A stretch of DNA of 64,000 nt from Dehalococcoidia bacterium (GTDB lineage Bacteria; Chloroflexota; Dehalococcoidia; UBA2979), in contig OZ253555.1 in the NCBI GenBank assembly GCA_965262725.1, positions 768,001 to 832,000 of the forward strand, read 5' to 3'. The translations under genes and the position numbers were made by a program. The notes under the pieces were generated by a model. It was not told the DNA's origin and searched no databases. It saw only the letters and a list, made by a program, of their open reading frames with translations. Below, one piece after another: positions 18,860 through 29,303 of this stretch; the stretch's first letter is position 1; the number at the start of each line of letters is the position of its first letter.

Positions 18860-18969
18860 CTGCCAAATCTCCCTTCGGGGAGACCGGGGGAACCACTCTT
18901 GGGGTGAACCCTCTTCGGAGGGCGGGTGAGTCTGCTCCACCCGAACCCGTCAGCTTACCCCGGCGGCAG
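18860..18969 (+). ncRNA. c-di-AMP (ydaO/yuaA) riboswitch
   Basis: Consensus blocks CGGGGGAACCA...TTGGGGTGAA...CCCGAACCCGTCAGCT(T)ACCCCGG; P1 CTGCC/GGCAG; UUCG-capped internal hairpins. Confidence 0.88.
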
Positions 18970-19058
18970 ACGAGCAGCCCCGGCCGGTGGGATGCCGGCA
19001 CGGACCCTCCCGCTTGGGAGGTTCGCGCCACCCGGTGGCGCGAGGAGGCTTGGCTGCT

Positions 19059-19271
19059 GTGATCCACTCTCCACCACCCCGGAACTGCCCGCGCTGCCGG
19101 GGCCTGATCATCGTCGAAGACGACTGGTACGGCTCCTTCGGCACCTGCGTGACCTGCGGCTACGTCCACGAGACGCAGCGCGCCGATCCCGCGGATCTGC
19201 TGGCCGAGGAGCAGCTCGCCGCTGGCAAGCAGCGCCGACGCCAGCCCTCGCACGGGAAGCTACGCCTCTAG
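19059..19271 (+). CDS. Small zinc-ribbon protein (CxxC-x16-CxxC), 70 aa
   Basis: SD GAGGAGG then GTG 19059; CPRCRGLIIVEDDWYGSFGTCVTCGY, basic C-terminal tail. Confidence 0.75.
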   Translation: MIHSPPPRNCPRCRGLIIVEDDWYGSFGTCVTCGYVHETQRADPADLLAEEQLAAGKQRRRQPSHGKLRL

Positions 19272-19376
19272 GCACCAGCCGCCTGTGAGGGACGGGCTCG
19301 CCCGCCGCACGCCGGGGGGCGGCTCTGGCGTCGCGTGTGCGCCCCCGGGGGGAGGCGGATGTCCGCCGACCCCGGC

Positions 19377-21077
19377 TCAGCCCCGCGCTGCCGGCGCGCC
19401 GGCGCCCTCCGGCCCGCGTCTGTGGTGGAAGAGCCAGTACTCGTACGCGTCCTGCAACGCCATCCAGGAGGCCTCGATCACGTCGGTCGAGGCTCCCACG
19501 GTCCGCCAGAGCGAGAGACCGTCGCTCGACTCTATGAGGACGCGCACTGCGGCGTTCGCACCCCCGCCGGGGTTGATGATGCGCACCTTGTAGTCGAGGA
19601 GGTGGACGCGCTCGAGCTCTGGGTAGGACTCGAGCAGGGCGCGGCGCACGGCGAGGTCGAGGGCGGAGACGGGGCCGTTGCCGTCGGCGGCGGTCTGCGA
19701 AAGCCGGTCGCCGACCCGCACCTTCACCATCGCCTCGGCCTGCATGTCATTCTCGTCGTCCCCGCGCCCGAGGCGGCGGCGCTCCACGATCAGGAAGTCC
19801 TCGAGGTCGAAGGGCGCCTGGTACGCGCTGAGGGAGCGGCGCACCAGCAGCTCGAAGGAGGCCTCGGATGACTCGTATTGGAAGCCGCGCGCCTCCTGCT
19901 CCTTCACGTGCGCGAGCACGACGCGCGCCTGATCCTCGGTCAGCTCGAGCTCGACGCCCTGCTCGCGCAGCTTCTCGACGATGTTGCGGCGGCCGGAGAG
20001 CTCGGAGACGAGCACGCGCTCGGTATTCCCCACACGCCCCGGCTCGACGTGCGTGTAGGAACCGGCGGACTTTGTGATCGCGGCGACGTGCAGTCCCGCC
20101 TTGTGCGCGAAGGCGCTCTGCCCCACGTAGGGCTGGCTCTTGTCCGGGATCATGTTTGCGAGCTCGTCGGCGAAGCGCGCCGTCTCCGTGAGCCTGGCGA
20201 GCTGTTCGTCGCTCACGACGTCGATGCCGAGCTTCAGCTTCAGGTTCGCCACGACCGAGATCATGTTCGCGTTCCCGGTGCGCTCCCCCCACCCGTTCAC
20301 GCACGCCTGGACCTGCGTCGCGCCGGCCTGCACCGCCAGCAGCGTGTTGGCGACGGCGATGTCGGCGTCGTTGTGGACGTGGATGCCGATCTCGCAGTCG
20401 ACGACGCCCAGTGCGGCGCGCACGCCCTCCACCACCTGGCCGGGGAGCGAGCCGCCGTTGGTGTCGCAGAGCGTCACGGTGTGGGCACCCGCGCCCTCGG
20501 CGGCGCGCAGGGTCGCGATCGCGTACTCGGGGTCGTCCCGAAAGCCGTCGAAGTAGTGCTCGGCGTCGAAGACGACCTCGCGCCCCTGCGCGACGAGATG
20601 CCGCACGGAGTCCGTGATCATCGCGAGGTTTTCCTCCTCGGTCGTCTCGAGCACCTCGACGACCTGACGTGCCGACGACTTCCCGACGATGGTGATGACC
20701 GGCGTGTCGGCCTCGAGGACCGCGGCGATCGCGGGGTCGGTGGAGGCGTCCCCGCCCGCGCGCCGCGTCGAACCGAACGCGACCAGCTTCGCGTGGCGCA
20801 GCCCCAGCTCGCCCGCGCGGCGGAAGAAATCCGCATCCTTCGGGTTCGAACCGGGGTAGCCGCCCTCGATGTAGTGCATGCCCAGCTCATCGAGCTTTCG
20901 CGCCAGCACGAGCTTGTCCTCGAGCGAGAGGGAGATCCCTTCCATGCCGAGGCCGTCCCGGAGCGTGGTGTCGTAGAGGCGTATCGGGAAGCGCCGCCGT
21001 CGCTCCGCGGCCACCGGGTCGGGCGAGCCCGGGTGAATGGCGGTGGGATCGGCGTGTGTCGGGTCGGTCGCGGTCAT
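19377..21077 (-). CDS. cimA: Citramalate synthase
   Basis: YDTTLRDG, YIEGGYPGSNPKD, FDAEHYFDG, HVHND, AFAHKAGLH, GNGPV.ALD, LDYKVRI. Confidence 0.93.
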   Translation of the reverse strand: MTATDPTHADPTAIHPGSPDPVAAERRRRFPIRLYDTTLRDGLGMEGISLSLEDKLVLARKLDELGMHYIEGGYPGSNPKDADFFRRAGELGLRHAKLVAFGSTRRAGGDASTDPAIAAVLEADTPVITIVGKSSARQVVEVLETTEEENLAMITDSVRHLVAQGREVVFDAEHYFDGFRDDPEYAIATLRAAEGAGAHTVTLCDTNGGSLPGQVVEGVRAALGVVDCEIGIHVHNDADIAVANTLLAVQAGATQVQACVNGWGERTGNANMISVVANLKLKLGIDVVSDEQLARLTETARFADELANMIPDKSQPYVGQSAFAHKAGLHVAAITKSAGSYTHVEPGRVGNTERVLVSELSGRRNIVEKLREQGVELELTEDQARVVLAHVKEQEARGFQYESSEASFELLVRRSLSAYQAPFDLEDFLIVERRRLGRGDDENDMQAEAMVKVRVGDRLSQTAADGNGPVSALDLAVRRALLESYPELERVHLLDYKVRIINPGGGANAAVRVLIESSDGLSLWRTVGASTDVIEASWMALQDAYEYWLFHHRRGPEGAGAPAARG

Positions 21078-21151
21078 CGGCGTGGCTCGCAGGGCTAGGC
21101 GTCACCCCGCTCGTAGGGCCGCCGCTCGTGCCGGGTGGCGCTCAGAGTTGC

Positions 21152-21274
21152 TCAGCGGCGCGGGGTGAGGATTCGTTGCATCGGTCGGGCCGTCGCTGCA
21201 GCGGGGCGCACGATGACACCCGCCGCCGGCCTCTGGGGCCGGACGGCGCGCACCACCTCGACGACGCTTGGCAC
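21152..21274 (-). CDS. Putative cimA leader peptide (40 aa, Val/Ile-rich)
   Basis: MPSVVEVVRAVRPQRPAAGVIVRPAAATARPMQRILTPRR; its GTC-ATC-G codons are complementary to the cimA start region CGATGAC. Confidence 0.5.
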   Translation of the reverse strand: MPSVVEVVRAVRPQRPAAGVIVRPAAATARPMQRILTPRR

Positions 21275-21292
21275 ACATCCCACGACGTATCG

Positions 21293-21322
21293 ATTCTAGG
21301 CACCATTCTGCGGCACCTACAA
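21293..21322 (-). promoter_or_regulatory. Putative promoter of the cimA leader
   Basis: Minus strand TTGTAG-N18-TAGAAT. Confidence 0.5.
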
Positions 21323-21457
21323 GGTCGCCGTTCCGCGGTTGCGCCAGGGCACCGTGGTGGGGGCGGCAGTCGCTCCCGCGGTGGGGTTCTCCCCGGGGGC
21401 GCGGCGCGCGCGATCCGAACAGCGTCTCCTCAGCGGTTCATGCCCGAGGGTGCCGGA

Positions 21458-23131
21458 TCAGGCCGGGGACACACTGTCGAAGTGGATCGACGGGTTGCTC
21501 CATGGCGTGTAGTCGGCGCCGATGGCGTCGGTTCGCCACCCGAATAGGATCGGCCGCTCGACGAACCACGCCGCCGGAACGAGGTCACCCTCCACTCGCA
21601 GCATCTCGGTGAGCTCCCAGTACATGCCGATACGCTTCTCCGTGTCCGTCTCCTGGCGGGCGCGTGCCAGGGTCGCATCGAAGTCGTCGCTGTTGAGTCC
21701 CGCCGCATAGGCGTTGCCGTCCTCGTACCACGTGAACGCCGATTCGGCCTCGTACTGGAATGAGCCGGAGGCCTTCAGGAACGCGCCCGGGCGCGGTCGC
21801 GTCTCGCGGCCGTAGAGGCGATCTCGCCAGACGTTGGTCTCCAGTGTTCGGAGATCGATCGACACCCCGACGTCTTCCCAGAAGCCGAGCGAGGACTCGG
21901 CGGCACCCTTGAGTTCCGGCGCGAGGGCCAGCGGTCCCTCGACGGTGACCGTCGCCCCTTCCACGCCGGCGTCCTTGATCAGCTGCCGTGCCTTGTCGGG
22001 GTCGTACGGCACAGGAGAGAGGTTCGGGTTGTGACCCACGGCCGCCTTCGTGATGAGCTGATCCCTGGAGAGGTTGCTGAGGCCCGCGTAGACAGTGTTG
22101 TGCATGAGCTCGCGATCGAGGGCGTAGTTCATCGCCTGCCGCACGCGGGGGTCGTTGGTCGGACCGGGGTCGGCGCTCGGGTCGATGCCGAGATCCCACC
22201 CCTGCATGCCGGTCGCCGCCGCCGGCTGGACCGTGATGCTCTGGAGACCCCCGATGCGCGCCGCCTCGATCGTTGGCACCGAGCTGTTGAATTGGATCTC
22301 TCCGGCCTCGAGGGCTGAGAGGCGGGTGGTTCCCTCACCGATGTACTTCACATCGATCGAGTCGAGCCCGCGAGTCGTCCGCCAGGTCGAGGCGCTCTTG
22401 CGGAGATCGACGCTGACCTTGTCGAGGAAGTTGCTCGCCGTGTAGGCACCTGTCCCGACCGGCGTCTGCCCCATGAACGTGACGAAGTCCTTTGCCGGAT
22501 CGTCTGCGATGTGCTTCGGGAGCATGAACACGAGCCCGGAGCGCCGTGGAAGGATCGGGTCGCCGTTGGTCGTGGTGATCGCGATCGTACGATCATCCAC
22601 GACTTTCGCGGACGCGAATGTATTCACCCTCGAGATGAGACGCGACATGTTCTCGGGGTCGGCGTAGTACTCATAGCTGAACTTGACATCCTCGGCGGTA
22701 GCCTTCTCGCCGTCGGACCACTCCAGCTCGCGGAGGCTGAACACCCACGTCTTGGGGTCGGCGTCGTCGAGCTCCCACGCTTCCGCGAAGGCCGGCTCCA
22801 GCTGGCCGCCACCGGGTGCCGGAGCGAGCCGCACGAGCGGATCGTAGATGGCGTGGAATTCCGCGAAGCTACCCGCCGTCGAGTTCGGGTCCATCGTCGG
22901 CGGCGGCAGGTGCCGACCCATCACGAGGCGCCCGGAGGGGTTGAGACGCGCGGCGGCAGTCGGGGCGGCAGTCGGGGCGGCAGGCGCGACGGTAGTTCCC
23001 GTCCCGTCCTCATCGTCATCGCCGCAGCCGATCACCGCCGCCGTGGCGAGGCCAACCCCGCCCAGGGTGATGCCACGCAGGAACACGCGGCGCGAGACCT
23101 TCTGCTTGAGTACTGTGAATTGACTGTCCAC
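21458..23131 (-). CDS. ABC substrate-binding protein, family 5 (peptide/nickel type), Tat-exported lipoprotein
   Basis: SRRVFLRG twin-Arg, IGC lipobox, IYDPLV, AEDVKFS, GTGAY, DPRVRQAMNYALDR; SD before GTG 23131. Confidence 0.9.
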   Translation of the reverse strand: MDSQFTVLKQKVSRRVFLRGITLGGVGLATAAVIGCGDDDEDGTGTTVAPAAPTAAPTAAARLNPSGRLVMGRHLPPPTMDPNSTAGSFAEFHAIYDPLVRLAPAPGGGQLEPAFAEAWELDDADPKTWVFSLRELEWSDGEKATAEDVKFSYEYYADPENMSRLISRVNTFASAKVVDDRTIAITTTNGDPILPRRSGLVFMLPKHIADDPAKDFVTFMGQTPVGTGAYTASNFLDKVSVDLRKSASTWRTTRGLDSIDVKYIGEGTTRLSALEAGEIQFNSSVPTIEAARIGGLQSITVQPAAATGMQGWDLGIDPSADPGPTNDPRVRQAMNYALDRELMHNTVYAGLSNLSRDQLITKAAVGHNPNLSPVPYDPDKARQLIKDAGVEGATVTVEGPLALAPELKGAAESSLGFWEDVGVSIDLRTLETNVWRDRLYGRETRPRPGAFLKASGSFQYEAESAFTWYEDGNAYAAGLNSDDFDATLARARQETDTEKRIGMYWELTEMLRVEGDLVPAAWFVERPILFGWRTDAIGADYTPWSNPSIHFDSVSPA

Positions 23132-23344
23132 GCTGCCCCCTTGCGGACGATGGCACGGCGGCGCCGACCCCATTTCGTCCGATAACACTTGGAATAGACT
23201 CGATCCCGTGCGGCGCGTCAAGCGCCCCGCTCCCTCCAGCGCGGCGAGGGTATGCGACAGTCGCACCGATCATGGATCGCGGAGCTGCTGCCCCCGCTTC
23301 GCGCTGGCGACTTCCGCCGGTGCCGATCGTCGTCGGGCTCTGGG

Positions 23345-24442
23345 CTAGCCGGCGCTCACCGCGGCGATCACGGCGTCCGCCATCTCGCGAGTACCGATCG
23401 CGCGCTCGTCGGGCGAAGCGATGTCGGCGGTGCGCAAACCCCCGGCGAGCACGGCCGCCACCGCGGCCTCGACCGCGTCTCCCTCGTGCTCGAGCCCGAG
23501 GGAGTGCCTGAGCAGCATCCCGACGCAGAGGCACATCGCCAGCGGGTTCGCCGATCCCTCTCCCGCGATGTCCGGCGCGGAGCCGTGAATCGGCTCGTAC
23601 ATGCCGAGGCCCGTCCCGTCTTCGAGCCGCTCGCCGATGCTCGCCGACGGGAGCATCCCCAGGGAGCCGGCGAGCATCGAGGCCTCGTCCGTGAGGATGT
23701 CGCCAAAGAGGTTGGAGGCGATCACCACGTCGAAGTCGGAGGGGCGGCGGATGAGGTGCATCGCCGCCGCGTCCACGAGCATGTCTGAGTACTCGACGTC
23801 GGGATAGCCGGCGCGCACCTCGTGCACGACCTCCCGCCAGAGGCGCGAGGACTCCAGAACGTTCGCCTTGTCGATGGAGTGGAGCCTCCGGCGGCGCCCG
23901 CGAGCCAGCTCGAAGCCGAGGCGCGCGACGCGGCCGATCTCCTCCTCGTTGTAATAGATGGTGTCGACCGCCTCGCGGCGGCCGTCGGCTATCCGTCGCT
24001 CCTGCGGCCTGCCGAAGTAGGCGCCCGAGGTCAGCTCGCGCACCACCAGCAGGTCGACGCCCGCGAGCACGTCCGGGCGGAGCGGCGAGGAGGCGGCGAG
24101 TGCCGGGTCGACGACAACCGGGCGCAGATTCGCCCACAGGCCGAGCTCGCGGCGGATGCGGAGCAGTCCCTGCTCGGGTCGCACCGGCGCCGTGGGGTCG
24201 TCCCATTTCGGGCCGCCGACGGCGCCCCACAGCACGGCGTGCGAGGCGCGCGCCTGCTCGATGGTCTCGTCCCGGATCGCGACCCCGTATGCCTCGATGG
24301 CGGCACCGCCGACCAGGTCCTCGGTGACGCGGAAGGAGTGCTCGAAGCGCTCCCCCACGGCGGTGAGCAGCCGCACGCCCTCGGCGGTGACCTCGGGGCC
24401 GATGCCGTCGCCCGGAAGCACCAGGATCTCGTAGTCGGCCAC
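23345..24442 (-). CDS. leuB: 3-isopropylmalate dehydrogenase
   Basis: [42 protein letters not shown]. Confidence 0.97.
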   Translation of the reverse strand: MADYEILVLPGDGIGPEVTAEGVRLLTAVGERFEHSFRVTEDLVGGAAIEAYGVAIRDETIEQARASHAVLWGAVGGPKWDDPTAPVRPEQGLLRIRRELGLWANLRPVVVDPALAASSPLRPDVLAGVDLLVVRELTSGAYFGRPQERRIADGRREAVDTIYYNEEEIGRVARLGFELARGRRRRLHSIDKANVLESSRLWREVVHEVRAGYPDVEYSDMLVDAAAMHLIRRPSDFDVVIASNLFGDILTDEASMLAGSLGMLPSASIGERLEDGTGLGMYEPIHGSAPDIAGEGSANPLAMCLCVGMLLRHSLGLEHEGDAVEAAVAAVLAGGLRTADIASPDERAIGTREMADAVIAAVSAG

Positions 24443-24483
24443 GCCACCTCTCCCTCGCCGCGGTCGCTCTGCTCGCGCTGAGG

Positions 24484-25458
24484 CTACTGCGCCCGCGCCT
24501 GACGCGCTTCCCGGGCGGCGCGGGCCGCCCTTGCTGCGACCCGTCGCCGACCCGTCGCGACCTGCTCCCGGCCGGCCGCGCCCCCGAGCATCCAGCCGTC
24601 CCGCACCTGGTAGAGCGGCTCGAGCGCGAGGTAGAACCGGATGCGCCGGTTGAGCCCCGCGTCGCGCGCCACGAGGGCGGCGCGCCCCTCCTCCCTCGCG
24701 TAGCTCGCGATCACCCGGCGCAGGAACGGGGGCCGGAAGCCCCGCAGCCGGCCGAAGCCGGAGAGCAGGCCCGCGAGATCGAACGCGGGATCGGCGATCA
24801 TCGCGTCGCCCCAGTCGATCACGCCCCGCAGGGTGCCGTCGGGGCCGGCGAGCAGGTGCGCGATTGAAATGTCGCCGTGCACAAGGGCGCGCGGCGTCCG
24901 GTCGGACCCCCCCTGTCCCAGGAAGCGGCCGAGCGTCTCCTCCACCCAGTCGCGGCTCCGGGGCCCGAGCTCGGGGAGAGACTCCTCGACGAGCGGCGTG
25001 TAGACCTCTCGGCCGAGGTCGACGGAGCGTAGACCCCGCGTGCGGGCCGCCTCAGCAGGCGTCGCGTGCAGCGTCGCGAGGAAGCGCCCGACCTGTTCGG
25101 CGAGCCGGTGCCTCGGACGGCCGCGCAGCGCTGCGCCCCCGGGTCCCGCGCTTCCCGCTGGCTCGCCCTCGATGTAGCGATAGAGCGTGGCGAGCGGCCG
25201 CCCGCTCCCCTCGCGCAGCACGCGCGCCTCTTGGGGTACAGCGAGCCCGCACGCGGCCAGCAGCTCGAGCAGGCGAGGTTCGCGCTCGTAGCCGGCGACG
25301 GTCTCCTGGGGGATGCCCGGGCGCAGCACCCGCAGGACGTGGTCGCCGGCCCGGTAGGCGACCGTCCCGTATCCGGATCCGATCAGGCGGGGGCGGCCCG
25401 GCAGCCCGGCGTCGCGCAGGAGCGCCGCGGGCGAGCGCGCGGGACGCCGGGTGGCTAC
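24484..25458 (-). CDS. Aminoglycoside-phosphotransferase (APH)/kinase-like protein (probable GTA start)
   Basis: [10 protein letters not shown] and IDWGDA motifs; N-lobe [11 protein letters not shown]...HVLRV lies upstream of the first GTG (25329). GAGGA SD 7 nt before a GTA that overlaps the leuD TAG. Confidence 0.8.
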   Translation of the reverse strand, partial: VATRRPARSPAALLRDAGLPGRPRLIGSGYGTVAYRAGDHVLRVLRPGIPQETVAGYEREPRLLELLAACGLAVPQEARVLREGSGRPLATLYRYIEGEPAGSAGPGGAALRGRPRHRLAEQVGRFLATLHATPAEAARTRGLRSVDLGREVYTPLVEESLPELGPRSRDWVEETLGRFLGQGGSDRTPRALVHGDISIAHLLAGPDGTLRGVIDWGDAMIADPAFDLAGLLSGFGRLRGFRPPFLRRVIASYAREEGRAALVARDAGLNRRIRFYLALEPLYQVRDGWMLGGAAGREQVATGRRRVAARAARAAREARQARAQ

Positions 25459-26054
25459 GGCGCGGTCCTCGGATACCCCTCGTCGTCGCGCTCTGCCTCG
25501 AAGGCGGCGACGTCGCGCTCATACGCGAGCGTCATGCCGATGTCGTCGAGCCCGCCGAGGAGCCGGTGCTTCTTGAAGGGATCGATTTCGAAGCGCCGGC
25601 TCCACGATCCGTCGGCGGTGGAGACGCTCTGCGACTCCAGGTCGATGACCAGCTCCGACTCGGGGAGCTCCTCGGCGCGGGCCATCAGGTAGTCGACGTC
25701 CTCGTCAGGCAGCTCGATGGTGAGCACGCCGCCCTGAAAGCAGTTCCCCTTGAAGATGTCGGCGAAGGAGGGCGCGATGAGCGCCCCGATGCCGAGACCC
25801 TGGATCGCCCAGACCGCGTGCTCCCGGCTCGAGCCGGAGCCGAAGTTCTGGCGGCTGAGGAGGATGCGTGCGCCGCCGTACGCCGGGTTGTTGAGCACGA
25901 AGTCCGGGTCGGCGCGCCACGCCTCGAAGGCGAAGGGGCCGTACCCCGTGCGCTCGATGCGCTTGAGGTGCTTGGCGGGGATGATCTGGTCGGTGTCGAC
26001 GTTCGGACGGTCCAGCGGGATCGCCTTTCCCCGTACCCTGCTCACCGGCTCCAT
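25455..26054 (-). CDS. leuD: 3-isopropylmalate dehydratase small subunit
   Basis: [30 protein letters not shown]. Confidence 0.96.
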   Translation of the reverse strand: MEPVSRVRGKAIPLDRPNVDTDQIIPAKHLKRIERTGYGPFAFEAWRADPDFVLNNPAYGGARILLSRQNFGSGSSREHAVWAIQGLGIGALIAPSFADIFKGNCFQGGVLTIELPDEDVDYLMARAEELPESELVIDLESQSVSTADGSWSRRFEIDPFKKHRLLGGLDDIGMTLAYERDVAAFEAERDDEGYPRTAP

Positions 26055-27514
26055 GACATCATCTCCCTGACGTCGACGAAGTGGCCCGCGACAGCCGCCG
26101 CCGCCGCCATCTCGGGCGAGACGAGGTGGGTGCGTCCCCCGGGTCCCTGGCGCCCCTCGAAGTTGCGGTTCGACGTGGAGGCGCTGCGCTCGCCCGGGAG
26201 GAGGATGTCGGGATTCATCCCGAGGCACATCGAGCACCCGGCGTCGCGCCACTCGAAGCCGGCCCGCGTGAAGACGGCGTCGAGTCCCTCCCGCTCGGCC
26301 TGCTGCTTCACGAGGCCCGAGCCCGGCACCACCATCGCCCGCACGCCCTCGGCGACGCGCTTGCCGGCGACGACCCTGGCCGCGGAGCGGAGGTCCTCGA
26401 TGCGCCCGTTGGTGCAGGAGCCGAGGAAGACGCGATCGATGCGGATCTCCCGGATCGGCGTCCCGGCCTCGAGGTCCATGTACTCGAGCGCCCGCCGGAT
26501 CGCCTCGCGCTGGGTGTCGGTGGGCATGCTCTGTGGGTCAGGCACGCGGTCGTTCACGGTCACGCTCTGCGACGGGTTGGTGCCCCACGTGACGTAAGGG
26601 GCGATCTGCGAGCCATCCACGATGACCTCGGTATCGAAGACCGCCCCGTCGTCGGTGACGAGCTCGGACCAGCGGGCGAGGGCCGACTCCCACTGCTCGC
26701 CGCTGGGCACGTGGGGGCGGTCCTTCATGTAGGCGAAGGTCGTCTCGTCCGGCGCGATCAAACCAGCGCGCGCCCCCGCCTCGATGGACATGTTGCAGAC
26801 CGTCATGCGCCCCTCCATGGAGAGCGCGCGGATCACGGGCCCGCGATACTCGATGATGTGGCCGATGCCGCCGTGCACCCCGATCTTGTGGATGATCGCG
26901 AGGATCACGTCCTTTGCCGTCACTCCGGGGCCGAGCTCGCCGGTGACGTCCACCGACATCATCCTGGGGCGGACCTGCCTGAGGGTCTGCGTGGCGAGCA
27001 CATGCTCCACCTCGGAGGTGCCGATCCCGAACGCGAGGGAGCCGAAGGCGCCGTGCGTGGAGGTGTGGCTGTCCCCGCAGACGATGGTCATGCCGGGCTG
27101 CGTGTAGCCTTGCTCCGGCCCGATGATGTGCACGATCCCCTGGCGGATATCGAAGATGTCGAAGAGCGGGACGCCGAACTCCCTGGCGTTGCCCTGAAGC
27201 GTCGCGATCTGCGTCGCCGAGACGGGGTCGGGGTTCGGCTGGTCGCGGCCGATCGTCGGGACGTTGTGGTCGACGGTCGCGAGCGTGAGATCCGGGCGCC
27301 TCACGCTCCGCCCTGCCGTCCGCAGCCCCTCGAACGCCTGCGCAGACGTCACCTCGTGCACCAGGTGCAGGTCGATGTAGAGGAGGTCGGGGCGCTCCCC
27401 CTGCGCCGCCTCCGGCGTGTCGCCGAGCGCGGTGAGGCGGGCCTGCTCCTGCAGCGGGCTAGGAACGGCATGCTGCTCCCAGAGCTTATCTGCCAGGGTC
27501 TTCGGCTCGCTCAC
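26042..27514 (-). CDS. leuC: 3-isopropylmalate dehydratase large subunit
   Basis: [48 protein letters not shown]; start 27514 (SD present) or 27577. Confidence 0.97.
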   Translation of the reverse strand: MSEPKTLADKLWEQHAVPSPLQEQARLTALGDTPEAAQGERPDLLYIDLHLVHEVTSAQAFEGLRTAGRSVRRPDLTLATVDHNVPTIGRDQPNPDPVSATQIATLQGNAREFGVPLFDIFDIRQGIVHIIGPEQGYTQPGMTIVCGDSHTSTHGAFGSLAFGIGTSEVEHVLATQTLRQVRPRMMSVDVTGELGPGVTAKDVILAIIHKIGVHGGIGHIIEYRGPVIRALSMEGRMTVCNMSIEAGARAGLIAPDETTFAYMKDRPHVPSGEQWESALARWSELVTDDGAVFDTEVIVDGSQIAPYVTWGTNPSQSVTVNDRVPDPQSMPTDTQREAIRRALEYMDLEAGTPIREIRIDRVFLGSCTNGRIEDLRSAARVVAGKRVAEGVRAMVVPGSGLVKQQAEREGLDAVFTRAGFEWRDAGCSMCLGMNPDILLPGERSASTSNRNFEGRQGPGGRTHLVSPEMAAAAAVAGHFVDVREMMSWSR

Positions 27515-27573
27515 GTTCCCCCCTCGCCGTGGCGACGTCGGCCGCCGCTCTCCCTCGCTTACGGGCCCCGCGC

Positions 27574-29121
27574 TCACGCTTTCGTGGCAGCGGTGTGGCG
27601 GTTCAGCGCGTAGACGTAGGCGCGCGCGGAGGCGACCAGGATGTCGGTGTCGGAGGCGCGGCCGACGTAGCTGGCCCCGTCCGCCTCGATCCGGATCGTG
27701 ACCTCGCCCTGCGCGTCTATTCCCTCCGTCACCGATTTCACGCTGAACTCGGCGAGCTGGTTGGTGACGCCGGTCACGCGGTTGATGGCGCGGTAGATGG
27801 CGTCGACGGGGCCGTCGCCGATGGCGGCGTCCTCCCGCATCTCCCCGTCGGGGCCGACGAGGCGCACGGTTGCCGTCGGCCGCCCACGATCGCCGGTCGA
27901 CACCTGCAGGAGGTCGAGGCTCCAGCTCGCCTCCGCCCGCTGCTGGGTTTGTTCGGAGAGGATCGCCTCGAGGTCGCGGTCGTCCACCTCGTTCTTGCGG
28001 TCGGCGACATCTTTGAAGGCGCCGAAGACACGTTCGAACTCCTCGGGATCGAGCGTGACGCCGAGCGCCTCAAGGCGCGCGCGCACCCCGTGGCGGCCGG
28101 AGACCTTGGTGAGGACGATCGAGTCCCCGGAGGGGACGCCGATGGCGGCGGGATCCATGATCTCGTAGGTCTCGCGCATCTTCAGCACGCCGTCCTGGTG
28201 GATGCCGGAGGAGTGTCGGAAGGCGTTGCGCCCGACGATCGCCTTGTGCGGCTGCACGACCATCCCGGAGAGCCTCTCCACGAGCTTGCTCGACGCGTAG
28301 ATCTCCCGGGCGTTCACGTCGGTGTGCACGTGCATCAGGTCGCGGCGCGTCTGAATGGCGAGGATGACCTCTTCCAGCGAGGCGTTGCCGGCGCGCTCCC
28401 CGATGCCGTTGATCGTGCCCTCGACCTGCCGGGCGCCCGCGAGCACGCCGGAGAGCGAGTTCGCCGTCGCGAGGCCGAGATCGTTCTGGCAGTGCACGGA
28501 GAGCCGCGCCCGGTGGATGTTGGGTACGCGCTCCTGCAGGTCGGTCAAGAACGCGCCGAACTCCGCCGGGATCGCGTAGCCGACGGTGTCGGGGATGTTG
28601 ATGGTGGTGGCGCCCTCGTTGATCGCCGCCTCGACGAGCTCGTAGACGAACGTGGGGTCGGAGCGCGTCGCGTCCATCGGCGAGAACTCGACCTCGGTGC
28701 AGTAGCCGGCGGCACGCGCCACGGAGGCGCGCGCGAGTTCCAGCACGTCCTCCTTGTTCTTGTGCAGTTGCTGCGCCATGTGGATGGCGCTCGAGGAGAT
28801 GAAGACGTGGATGCGCGGCGTCTCGGCGTGCTGGACGGCCTCCCAGACGGCGTCGATGTCTGAGGCGTTGGCGCGGGCGAGACCGCAGATGATCGGCCCG
28901 CGCACCTCACGCGCGATCGCCCTCACGGCCTCCAGGTCGCCGGGCGATGAGGCGGGGAAGCCCGCCTCGATGATGTCCACGCCGAGCCGCTCCAGCTGCC
29001 TGGCGATCGCGAGCTTGTCCTCGATGGTGAAGCCGATGCCCGCGGACTGCTCCCCGTCGCGCAGCGTCGTGTCGAAGATGTGGACCTTCTCGCCGGCGCC
29101 GGCATCCTCGCTAGTGCTCAT
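27574..29121 (-). CDS. leuA: 2-isopropylmalate synthase
   Basis: [34 protein letters not shown]; ATG 29121 after SD GACGAGG. Confidence 0.96.
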   Translation of the reverse strand: MSTSEDAGAGEKVHIFDTTLRDGEQSAGIGFTIEDKLAIARQLERLGVDIIEAGFPASSPGDLEAVRAIAREVRGPIICGLARANASDIDAVWEAVQHAETPRIHVFISSSAIHMAQQLHKNKEDVLELARASVARAAGYCTEVEFSPMDATRSDPTFVYELVEAAINEGATTINIPDTVGYAIPAEFGAFLTDLQERVPNIHRARLSVHCQNDLGLATANSLSGVLAGARQVEGTINGIGERAGNASLEEVILAIQTRRDLMHVHTDVNAREIYASSKLVERLSGMVVQPHKAIVGRNAFRHSSGIHQDGVLKMRETYEIMDPAAIGVPSGDSIVLTKVSGRHGVRARLEALGVTLDPEEFERVFGAFKDVADRKNEVDDRDLEAILSEQTQQRAEASWSLDLLQVSTGDRGRPTATVRLVGPDGEMREDAAIGDGPVDAIYRAINRVTGVTNQLAEFSVKSVTEGIDAQGEVTIRIEADGASYVGRASDTDILVASARAYVYALNRHTAATKA

Positions 29122-29135
29122 CGCCTCGTCCGTTC

Positions 29136-29303
29136 TCACCCTGCGTCGGGGTGCCGCAATCTCCCTCGCCACGCTGTGGCCTCGCCCGAATCGGCCCTCT
29201 GCGCCCGGTGGGCGGCGGAGGGCCCGGTCAGGAGGAGGCCGGGCAGGCCCCCCGCGGGGCGGATCGGCCTCCGTGCGACGAGGGGATGCATCGGGACGAT
29301 CAC
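29136..29303 (-). CDS. Putative leuA leader peptide (55 aa, LPGLLL), coupled to ilvC
   Basis: GTG overlaps the ilvC TGA; Leu codons in GCCTCCTCC are 8/9 complementary to the leuA SD region GGACGAGGC; stops 14 nt before the leuA ATG. Confidence 0.55.
   Translation of the reverse strand: MIVPMHPLVARRPIRPAGGLPGLLLTGPSAAHRAQRADSGEATAWRGRLRHPDAG

Noticed and set aside
18838-19050. Possible 6S RNA or other sRNA; ORFs 18838-19062, 18852-19253 and 18926-19288
   Set aside because: Sequence blocks fit the c-di-AMP riboswitch much better; these ORFs run through the aptamer and lack motifs.
20841-20860. GGTTCGAACC, tRNA T-loop-like sequence
   Set aside because: Lies inside cimA (antisense of the GSNP codons); no cloverleaf.
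24484-25458. Aminoglycoside resistance gene
   Set aside because: Only a fold-level APH match, in a housekeeping operon with no mobile context.
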